A stretch of DNA of 24,000 nt from contig JABIAG010000001.1 in the NCBI GenBank assembly GCA_018653365.1, positions 210,526 to 234,525 of the forward strand, written 5' to 3'. The notes below the pieces were generated by a model that was not told where the DNA came from, did not search any database, and was given only the letters and a program-made list of their open reading frames with translations. Within the stretch, counting starts at the first letter, position 1. Every line of letters begins with the position of its first letter. The stretch is from Candidatus Woesearchaeota archaeon. Its GTDB lineage: Archaea > Nanobdellota > Nanobdellia > Woesearchaeales > JABIAG01. Positions 14,880 through 21,636 of the stretch are shown piece by piece. The position numbers and the translations under genes were made by a program.

Positions 14880-15752
14880 ATGAGCAAAAACTTTTATAAA
14901 AGTCATAAACAAATAATTTGGACTGTAGTAATCATGTTAATTCTATTTGCAGCAGTAAGTGGGTTTAATAAAACCACATCCTTTGGACAAATGGATTCTA
15001 GTGTCCGGATGGAAGAATCTTATTATAAAGGGGCAGGATTCGCAGAAACAAGCTCACTTAGAATGGATGATTCCGCTAGCGCTCCAACAGAGGGAGAAAG
15101 AAAAATTCGTCATACTGCAAACGTAAACTTAGAAATTAAAAAAAGTAAATATGAAGAAACTAAATCTGCAGTACTTACTGTTCCTGAACAATTTAAGGGA
15201 TTTTATACCAGTCAAAGTGAAAATAAAAGAACATACAAAGAAAATGATTACAAAACATATAGATTAACATTCAAAGTACCTGTAGAAAGCTTTGATATGG
15301 CTATAGCTGCAGTGAAAGAGCTTGCAGATGTAAAATCATTAAATGTGTATGCTGACGATTTAACAACTTCTTATGCAGACGCAAAAGCATATCTGGAAAG
15401 TTACAAAAAAGAAAAAGCAAGAATAGAACAATTGTTGAATAAAGCTAATAAGATACCTGAAATAATCCAGATAGAAGAGAAACTAATGCAATTACAACGA
15501 ACAATAGACAGATACCAACAACAAATAACAAACATTGATAGACAAACTGATTACTCACAAATTAGTGTAGTACTAGAAGAAAAACAACCTTTATCAGAAT
15601 CATTCTACCGATGGACAGGAATAAGAGAACACTTACGAAATATTGTTCGAGGATTTGATAGCGTGCTGGTTGTAATAACTAATCTGATTGGATGGGTTAT
15701 AGCAATAGGAATAATTTGGTGGATAGTAAAAATAATAAGAAAAAAAGTTTAA
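14880..15752 (+). CDS. DUF4349-like membrane protein (N- and C-terminal TM helices flanking a coiled-coil ectodomain)
   Basis: YRLTFKVPVESFDMAIAAVKELADVKSLNVYADDLTTSYADAKAYLESYKKEKARIEQLL...IEEKLMQLQRTIDRYQQQI...YSQISVVLEEK follows the DUF4349 architecture. Start set at ATG 14880, which is preceded by GGAGGT (14866-14871). Confidence 0.7.
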   Translation: MSKNFYKSHKQIIWTVVIMLILFAAVSGFNKTTSFGQMDSSVRMEESYYKGAGFAETSSLRMDDSASAPTEGERKIRHTANVNLEIKKSKYEETKSAVLTVPEQFKGFYTSQSENKRTYKENDYKTYRLTFKVPVESFDMAIAAVKELADVKSLNVYADDLTTSYADAKAYLESYKKEKARIEQLLNKANKIPEIIQIEEKLMQLQRTIDRYQQQITNIDRQTDYSQISVVLEEKQPLSESFYRWTGIREHLRNIVRGFDSVLVVITNLIGWVIAIGIIWWIVKIIRKKV

Positions 15753-15781
15753 AACATTTTTTTAAAGTTTAAAACATTTTT
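15744..15781. repeat. 18-nt perfect direct repeat with a 20-nt period (AAAGTTTAAAACATTTTT x2)
   Basis: Copies lie at 15744-15761 and 15764-15781. The first copy holds the stop codons of both convergent genes (TAA 15750-15752 on the plus strand, TAA 15751..15749 on the minus strand). Confidence 0.85.
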
Positions 15782-16186
15782 CTCCTTTTTTTTAATTAAA
15801 AAGATGTCTTTTTTAATTTTTTTTAATTTTTTTTGAAAAAATTTAATTTTTATTTTTGCAATTTTTTTGTTTTGAGGTTTTTTGTAAGATTTACTTTTAT
15901 ATTTTTTTATTAATTTCAGTAAGACTTCTTTTTTTACTTGTTTTTTTTCGAGATGATGTTTTGAAAACTTCTGTGTTAATCGAGTATAAATTAACATTAA
16001 GAAATAAAGAATGATTAGTACAGTAGTAACAATTTCTAAATAATTAATTTGAGCTTTCTTTAGATCTCTCAAAATTTTTAGAGTATTAATGAATGTTATT
16101 GAAATAATTAAACCAAAGGTTAATGTAATTAAAATGAGTTTAACCCTACTTAACAAAATTTGTTTTTTATTGGATTTCATTTTCAA
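15749..16186 (-). CDS. Lys-rich membrane protein (two TM helices plus a poly-K tail), last gene of the ParA operon
   Basis: 145-aa ORF overlapping the ParA stop by 20 nt, with TM helices LILITLTFGLIISITFI and IVTTVLIILYFLMLIY. The C-terminal half is low-complexity K-rich sequence read from poly-T DNA, so coding status is uncertain. Confidence 0.4.
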   Translation of the reverse strand: MKMKSNKKQILLSRVKLILITLTFGLIISITFINTLKILRDLKKAQINYLEIVTTVLIILYFLMLIYTRLTQKFSKHHLEKKQVKKEVLLKLIKKYKSKSYKKPQNKKIAKIKIKFFQKKLKKIKKDIFLIKKKEKNVLNFKKMF

Positions 16187-16970
16187 TTAATAATTTTTTA
16201 ACATCTTCTTGTGTTATCTTCTTTTTGAATAATTGTCTTATTCTATGTTTAAATGGATCTTTTTTAAGATTAGTTTCTGTAATTTTAGCAGCTAGGTTGG
16301 TGTAAAGCTTAGTAATACAAGACTTTGGATTGTGAAAGACAACTGAAGATGTATTCACTATAGCTTTGCTAAACTGGGGGCTTGTTGGAATTGTCGAAAT
16401 AACCCTGATTTTAGTTGCGTTTTCAATATCTTCTTTAGTTAATTCCGAAGATTTTTTACTAATATTGTTTAATACAATCCCTTTAATAGGAATTCTTTTT
16501 TGATTAATTAAACTAATTGCTTTCAATGTAGAACTTAATCCTAGGTAATCCGCATTACTAACAATTAAAACCTCGTCAGAGGCAGAAATTGCAGAAGTAG
16601 TAGAAGAATTTAATGAAGGTGAAGTATCTAAAATAACATAATCATAAAATTGTCTTAACTCATTAAGCTTATGTTTAAGTGTGAACATATTGACTTTTTT
16701 TGATAAGACCGCAGAAGGTAAGATATATAACCCTGTATTAATTTTATAAACCGCATTATTGGTAGAAGTTTTTCCTTTTAAAATATCTTGAAACGTGTTA
16801 TCTGGATTAATAATGCCAAAATGTAGTCCCACACTTGGTGAAGAAAAATTTGAATCTACAATCAAAACTTTCTTATTAAGATCTTTAGATAATGCACTAC
16901 CCAGATTAAGTGCGGTAGTGGTTTTACCAACCCCTCCTTTGAATGAAACAACACTTATAATTTTAGACAT
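16167..16970 (-). CDS. ParA/MinD-family P-loop ATPase (deviant Walker A)
   Basis: MSKIISVVSFKGGVGKTTTALNLGSAL carries the KGGxGKT deviant Walker A with its signature Lys. Walker B is YVILDTSP. VLIVSNADYLGLSSTLKAI is also typical. Start set at Met10 of the track ORF (ATG 16970). Confidence 0.85.
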   Translation of the reverse strand: MSKIISVVSFKGGVGKTTTALNLGSALSKDLNKKVLIVDSNFSSPSVGLHFGIINPDNTFQDILKGKTSTNNAVYKINTGLYILPSAVLSKKVNMFTLKHKLNELRQFYDYVILDTSPSLNSSTTSAISASDEVLIVSNADYLGLSSTLKAISLINQKRIPIKGIVLNNISKKSSELTKEDIENATKIRVISTIPTSPQFSKAIVNTSSVVFHNPKSCITKLYTNLAAKITETNLKKDPFKHRIRQLFKKKITQEDVKKLLIENEIQ

Positions 16971-17640
16971 TTTTATATACCTCGCATAGACAATCAATAA
17001 TTTTATTTTTTTTATTGATGGTAATGACTTTTTTTGTTTTAAATTCTTTTAATGTTTTTTTTGCATTTGCAACAGGTTTTTTGGTTTTAATGGGTTCTCT
17101 TAAATTAAAAATTTGAATTAATTTATTAATTATTTTTTTCTTTTGCGGATATTTTGTTGAGTTGTGACGTTCTTTTGCTTTTTTAATTGTTTCTTTAATT
17201 TTTATTTGTTGATTATTAATAGTAATTCTTGTTTTTATACCTAAGTTTTTTATGTTTGGGAGGTGATTGCCCTGTGCAGAACGAATTGCATTACGAATTT
17301 CTTGTTCTGCTGAAATTTTCCGCTTAAATTTATGCTTAGCTTTATTTAACGAATTTTTAGTTTTATACTTGAAAATTTTACTGTGTTTTTTAATATTTAA
17401 TCTACGTTTTTCTTTGGGCCAAAGGGCGTTGGAATTTAGAATTAAAAAGTGAAATTTTTTCGTTTTTAATAAGTTACGTTTGTTCTTAAAGGTATTGCGT
17501 TTTGTTTCTTTAGGAAGACGGAGTTTATTTTTAAATTTGTGCCAGGCAAGTCTATTAGCGAGTCTGAATTCTTTCTTCGCTTTTTTTTCTTCAAGTCTTT
17601 CAAGTTTATTTTTCATTGTGAAATTTATTTGTTGCTCCAT
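16963..17640 (-). CDS. very basic Lys/Arg-rich protein (putative nucleic-acid-binding adaptor), no recognisable domain
   Basis: 225-aa ORF in ~20% GC DNA. It overlaps the wHTH gene stop (16 nt) and the ParA start (8 nt). Sequence example: KKAKKEFRLANRLAWHKFKNKLRLPKETKRNTFKNKRN... An alternative start is ATG 17616. Confidence 0.5.
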   Translation of the reverse strand: MEQQINFTMKNKLERLEEKKAKKEFRLANRLAWHKFKNKLRLPKETKRNTFKNKRNLLKTKKFHFLILNSNALWPKEKRRLNIKKHSKIFKYKTKNSLNKAKHKFKRKISAEQEIRNAIRSAQGNHLPNIKNLGIKTRITINNQQIKIKETIKKAKERHNSTKYPQKKKIINKLIQIFNLREPIKTKKPVANAKKTLKEFKTKKVITINKKNKIIDCLCEVYKNV

Positions 17641-17837
17641 ACATTGATATTTGAGACGTTAAACCCGTGAACCCTTCCACGAATCTGTAATTTAAGACAG
17701 TGAGTTTGAACAGCGTGCCAAGAACGGTTAATTGTGAGCGCAATATCTCGAGTAGATTTGGGATTTGGGGAATTTTTTAGAACTTTCAGTATATCTTTAT
17801 CTATTCTTTCGCCTAATTTGGCTTTCCTGGTAACCAT
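17625..17837 (-). CDS. small winged-helix DNA-binding protein, first gene of the ParA operon
   Basis: MVTRKAKLGERIDKDILKVLKNSPNPKSTRDIALTINRSWHAVQTHCLKLQIRGRVHGF fits the wHTH pattern (helix, turn, recognition helix, beta wing). The track ORF extends to 17882; ATG 17837 is preferred. Confidence 0.6.
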   Translation of the reverse strand: MVTRKAKLGERIDKDILKVLKNSPNPKSTRDIALTINRSWHAVQTHCLKLQIRGRVHGFNVSNINVWSNK

Positions 17838-17892
17838 TATTTGTTTAATTATTTGGTTAAGTATATAAACCTTTGTCACCACTAGTAAGTGT

Positions 17893-17935
17893 GAAGGTTA
17901 AGTTGAAGGTTTTATCAACTGTTGAACCGAAGGTT
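17893..17935. promoter_or_regulatory. three GAAGGTT direct repeats plus a GAACC-N3-GGTTC hairpin upstream of the wHTH/ParA operon, a candidate operator or centromere-like site
   Basis: GAAGGTT occurs at 17893-17899, 17905-17911 and 17929-17935. GTTGAAGGTT and GTTGAACCGAAGGTT are related. On the minus strand the hairpin reads GAAC-C(UUCG)G-GUUC. Confidence 0.4.
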
Positions 17936-18036
17936 CGCACTTAGAGAATGTATATTTTATCATATCATAAAATTTAAAAAAGAAAAACGACTAAACAACA
18001 TAAAAAGAGGCGTATAATAGCATACGAGGTACGAAA

Positions 18037-18564
18037 ATGAATAAAGGACCTGCTGTAGCAGACTTCTGGAACAGCGCAGAACTAACTTCGGGATGTATCT
18101 CTTGTGGAAAACATTACTTCTACATAGATTGGGATGGAAACATAATGCCTTGCGTATTTATTCCATACTACCAAGATAATCTTAAAGACCTGTACGCTAA
18201 CGGCAAAAGCATAATGGATGCAATGTTCTCTGACCTATTTACCAAAGGAAGAGCCTGGCAAAAAGACAATTTTACTAAAAAAGATGGTAAAGTAAGAAAT
18301 TTAATGATGCCCTGTCTTGTTAGAGATAATCACAAAGACTTTGTATCAATTGTAAAATCTTGTGAGGGTGTGAAAGGAGAAGATCAAGCAGCAACAGATG
18401 CACTAAATTCTGACGAATACCACGCAGACCTAGAACAGTTTGATGAAGATCTCAAAAAAATAGAAGATCCATACTGGGAAGAGCACTACGAAATGAAAGA
18501 TTCAGAAGAAAACTCTTCTGAAGCTGAAAAATCTGCGGAAAAAGGTACAATGGAAGAAGAATAA
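18037..18564 (+). CDS. radical-SAM C-terminal auxiliary-cluster (SPASM/twitch-like) domain ORF lacking the radical-SAM core; probable gene fragment, with an acidic tail
   Basis: SGCISCGKHYFYIDWDGNIMPCVFIPY...MMPCLVRDNH resembles the C-terminal Cys motif (CxxC...GxxxPC) of radical SAM maturases. There is no CxxxCxxC motif. An in-frame stop at 18001-18003 limits the ORF to 175 aa. Confidence 0.55.
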   Translation: MNKGPAVADFWNSAELTSGCISCGKHYFYIDWDGNIMPCVFIPYYQDNLKDLYANGKSIMDAMFSDLFTKGRAWQKDNFTKKDGKVRNLMMPCLVRDNHKDFVSIVKSCEGVKGEDQAATDALNSDEYHADLEQFDEDLKKIEDPYWEEHYEMKDSEENSSEAEKSAEKGTMEEE

Positions 18565-18570
18565 ACTTCT

Positions 18571-18587
18571 TTATTTTTTTATTTTTT
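18571..18587 (+). terminator. oligo-T tracts after the radical-SAM fragment ORF
   Basis: TTATTTTTTTATTTTTT follows the TAA at 18562-18564 by 6 nt. It overlaps the stop of the convergent gene. Confidence 0.35.
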
Positions 18588-19469
18588 ATACCAACACTTT
18601 TCTTGAGTATCCCATGCTAAATTAATGTTTGAGGGGAGTGAGGGTTCAACTTGATCTAATTTAATATCTTCATTTAATAAAAACGCTAAATCTTCTGCAG
18701 TTGGTTCCGCATCTGGATCAAACTCATTAGTCCAACACTCAATAAAATCTCCTGTTCGAGTCGTTCGCCAAACAGGATCAAAAAATATTTTACCCTCTGA
18801 TTCTAATTGATATATTTCCTGCCAGTCAATAACCCTGTTGTTTGCAGCCTCTTCTTCACTTTCAGGATGAGGAACATACCCTTCTGTTGATTGAGCTTCA
18901 TTTGGATCACCAAAAGGATTTGTAGGATTGAGCCAGGGCATTGTCCCTTTATGATTTTCAGTTACATTAACTCCATGCAACGCTCCATACTCTGCAATTC
19001 TCTTTCGAATATTTGAACGATCAGGATCTTCAACAGGTGGATGATCCTCGATTGCTTTTTCTAAGACTTCTGCATCTGAAGTTTGTTCTTTAGTTCGTAA
19101 TAATTCCGGATTGGCAATTATGTCTCGATATTTGAGTTCAAGATGGGATGAGTTAAGCCAATGGACTTTAGTAACCCATTTATCCCATACCCGTCCATCT
19201 CTAAGCAAACTATATGTACGAATTTTAACACTTTTGTTAACTCCTCTTGCTTCAATACGTTTTGGACTGTCCTTAACCACTTTATGTTCAAAATACTCAT
19301 CAAAAATCCAAACACTAGAAAGTTGATACTCAATTGGTCCTGCACTAATTTGACCTGTTTTAACAACTAATTCAACAAGCCCATCTCTCATAATTCGATC
19401 ACCTGGCTTAAGACCTTTTAATAATTCAACATCCGGAGAAAACTCAACAGTTTGATACCAATCACTCAT
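18579..19469 (-). CDS. hypothetical Trp-rich acidic protein (orphan)
   Basis: 296-aa ORF. I recognised no motif. A hand-counted sample is ~42% G+C, higher than neighbouring genes. Confidence 0.6.
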   Translation of the reverse strand: MSDWYQTVEFSPDVELLKGLKPGDRIMRDGLVELVVKTGQISAGPIEYQLSSVWIFDEYFEHKVVKDSPKRIEARGVNKSVKIRTYSLLRDGRVWDKWVTKVHWLNSSHLELKYRDIIANPELLRTKEQTSDAEVLEKAIEDHPPVEDPDRSNIRKRIAEYGALHGVNVTENHKGTMPWLNPTNPFGDPNEAQSTEGYVPHPESEEEAANNRVIDWQEIYQLESEGKIFFDPVWRTTRTGDFIECWTNEFDPDAEPTAEDLAFLLNEDIKLDQVEPSLPSNINLAWDTQEKCWYKK

Positions 19470-19523
19470 GACTATAAAGTAAGTTTAATGTGTTTAAAAA
19501 AACTATTGTGATAAAAGAAAATA

Positions 19524-19600
19524 CGCCGCAGCCCAGATTTGTGTCATCACTTCGCTAACGCTACGTTCTGGACGAATCCATTCTTTGCGTAAAGAAATTA
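19524..19600 (-). pseudogene. orphan tRNA-Ser 3'-portion remnant directly downstream of the intact tRNA-Ser
   Basis: Minus strand: the 3' end CAAATCTGGGCTGCGGCG parallels the intact gene's CGAATCCGAGCTGCGGCG. TCTTTACGCAAAGAAT parallels the variable arm TCTTTCCGCAAGGATAT. TGGATTCGTCCAG parallels the T arm. There is no 5' acceptor strand, D arm or anticodon arm. Confidence 0.55.
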
Positions 19601-19713
19601 CGCCGCAGCTCGGATTCGAACCGAGATATCCTTGCGGAAAGACGCTATCTTCATTGCGTTTGTGTGAACGCAAGATTCGAGGCGACCGGAGTACCAGATT
19701 GTCCCACTGCGGC
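19601..19713 (-). tRNA. tRNA-Ser (anticodon CGA), class II, with a 29-nt intron at 37/38 (19647-19675)
   Basis: Minus strand: acceptor GCCGCAG/CTGCGGC plus G. D arm GGA(C)-AATCTGGTA-(C)TCC. Anticodon stem GTCGC/GCGTC (one U:U) with loop CT-CGA-A[intron]A. Long variable arm TTTCCGCAAGGATAT (GCAA loop). T arm CTCGG-TTCGAAT-CCGAG. The intron holds the hairpin TTGCGT/ACGCAA. Confidence 0.8.
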
Positions 19714-19726
19714 AAATGTATGAGAA

Positions 19727-21520
19727 CTATTTCGAGGGTTCTTGAGTTTCTTTCTTTTTAAGAGCTTCTTTAGCAACTGCATCTAATTCGATGTGTAAAT
19801 CTTTTAATTGTTTATCCTCAATTGGGGAGGGACTCTCATCCATTGGACATTCAGCTGCTTTATTCTTAGGAAAGGCAATCACTTCACGAATATCATTAGT
19901 ACCATTCATTAAAGCAATAAGTCTATCTGCACCCAAACCCATTCCACCATGAGAGGGCGCACCATAATTATATGCATTAAGTAAAAACCCAAACTTAGTT
20001 TGAGCCTCTTCTTCACTTAAACCAATGAATTTCATAACTCTTTTTTGCACTTCAGGATTAGTAACTCTAATTGAACCAGAACCTAATTCTGTTCCATTAA
20101 GAACAAGATCCCACAAGTCACCCTTGACTTTTTCTGGGCAGGTTTCAAAATTATCAACAAATTCAGGATTTGGCATAGAGAACATATGATGTTCAGGTTC
20201 CCAACGTTTATCTTCTTCGTTCCAAGCAAATAAAGGGAAATCTTTAACCCAACAAAATTTGAAGTCATCTTTATTGTATAATTCAAGATCTTCAGCAAGT
20301 TTATTTCTAAGTCTAGATAAAATGTCATTACATTTTTTTTCTTTATCTGCTATAAACATTAAAATCGAACCTGGTTTAGCTCCAACTTTTGCAATAAGTT
20401 CTTTTTGAACATCTTCAGAAAAGTATTTAGCAATATTACTTTCTAATCCGTTTTCAGTAACACGCATCCAGGCCATACCTTTAGCACCGCTTTTCTGACA
20501 GAAATCAATATATGCATCAATTTCTTTTCTTCCTAACTCTTTTTGAGGATTGATACATTTAACAATTCCACCTGCCGCTTTAATGTCCTTGAAAACACCA
20601 AAATCAGATTTAATAACAATGTCAGTAACTTCAGTTAAGAAAAGATCAAATCTAATGTCTGGCTTGTCATTACCATATTTTTCCATGGATTCTTTATATG
20701 AAAAGACCTTAAACTCAGTTATTTCTTTATTTAGTACCTCTTTGAAAATGTGTTTGAAAAGTTTTTCAACCATATTTCTAATATCATCACTTGTAACAAA
20801 ACTCATTTCTAAATCAAGTTGCATGTGCTCAGGTTGACGATCTGCTCGTAAATCTTCATCCCGCAAACAGATTGCAGTTTGATAATATCTGTCACAACCA
20901 GAAATCATAAGAATCTGTTTGTATAATTGTGGTGATTGAGGTAGGGCGTAAAATCCGCCAGCATTAACTCTGGAAGGAACAACATAATCTCTAGCACCCT
21001 CAGGAGTAGACTTAACTAACATAGGGGTTGTAATTTCTAAAAAGTCATTTTTGTTAAAAAAATCTCTAGCAGCAGAAATGATTTTATGCCGACTTAACAA
21101 TCTCTTTTGCATTAAAGGTCTACGTAAGTCTAAGTAACGATATTTTAGTCTAAGTTCTTCACCTGCTTCAACTCGATCATCAACTTCAATAGGCGGAACA
21201 GCAGATTTATTAATAATATTAAGTGTATCAGCAAAAACTTCAACCTCTCCAGTAGGAAGCTTTTTGTTAGTCATACCCTCTTTTCGAGCCCTAACTTCGC
21301 CCTTAATTTCAATACAAAACTCTCGTCGTAAAGATTCTGCAGCCTCCATAACTGTAGAATTAAATTCGGGATCAAAAACTACTTGAGTTAAACCATATCT
21401 ATCTCTTAAATCAACAAAAATAATTCCACCATGATCTCTTCGAGTGTGAACCCAACCAACTAAATTAACCTTATCTCCAATATTTTCTTTCTTTAGTTCG
21501 TTGTTCTTATGAGTTCTCAT
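19727..21520 (-). CDS. aspS: aspartyl-tRNA synthetase, bacterial type (with GAD insertion domain)
   Basis: The 597-aa protein is colinear with E. coli AspRS along its whole length as I recall it: GWVHTRRDHGGIIFVDLRDRYG, LKYRYLDLRR, TPEGARDYVVPSR, FYALPQSPQLYKQ, RDEDLRADRQPE, the ~130-aa insertion, GGGSIR-like GSGSIR, and GGMGLGADRLIALM...IREVIAFPK. Confidence 0.95.
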   Translation of the reverse strand: MRTHKNNELKKENIGDKVNLVGWVHTRRDHGGIIFVDLRDRYGLTQVVFDPEFNSTVMEAAESLRREFCIEIKGEVRARKEGMTNKKLPTGEVEVFADTLNIINKSAVPPIEVDDRVEAGEELRLKYRYLDLRRPLMQKRLLSRHKIISAARDFFNKNDFLEITTPMLVKSTPEGARDYVVPSRVNAGGFYALPQSPQLYKQILMISGCDRYYQTAICLRDEDLRADRQPEHMQLDLEMSFVTSDDIRNMVEKLFKHIFKEVLNKEITEFKVFSYKESMEKYGNDKPDIRFDLFLTEVTDIVIKSDFGVFKDIKAAGGIVKCINPQKELGRKEIDAYIDFCQKSGAKGMAWMRVTENGLESNIAKYFSEDVQKELIAKVGAKPGSILMFIADKEKKCNDILSRLRNKLAEDLELYNKDDFKFCWVKDFPLFAWNEEDKRWEPEHHMFSMPNPEFVDNFETCPEKVKGDLWDLVLNGTELGSGSIRVTNPEVQKRVMKFIGLSEEEAQTKFGFLLNAYNYGAPSHGGMGLGADRLIALMNGTNDIREVIAFPKNKAAECPMDESPSPIEDKQLKDLHIELDAVAKEALKKKETQEPSK

Positions 21521-21551
21521 ACTTTCTGGAATGAACCGGCCTTATTTAAAG

Positions 21552-21574
21552 TTTTTGTGATTCAAACACAAAAA
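21552..21574. promoter_or_regulatory. perfect 8-bp inverted repeat TTTTTGTG-N7-CACAAAAA in the aspS/response-regulator divergent intergenic region
   Basis: Read directly from the sequence. It sits between the TATA-like CCTTATTTAAAG and CCTTTATAAACC elements. Confidence 0.3.
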
Positions 21575-21636
21575 TTGCTAACCTTTATAAACCGATTCGG
21601 GTCTCAACAAAAATAAACAAATAAGAGGTAGTGATA

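Noticed and set aside
15753-19600. Calling the ParA-containing region a defined mobile element or integrated plasmid
   Set aside because: I found no integrase, transposase, replication gene or flanking direct repeats in the window. Only circumstantial signs are present (composition, truncated gene, tRNA remnant), so it is reported as a hypothesis rather than a feature.
19503-19715. Track ORF 19503..19715 (-, 70 aa)
   Set aside because: It is entirely composed of the tRNA-Ser gene and the tRNA-Ser 3' remnant read as protein.
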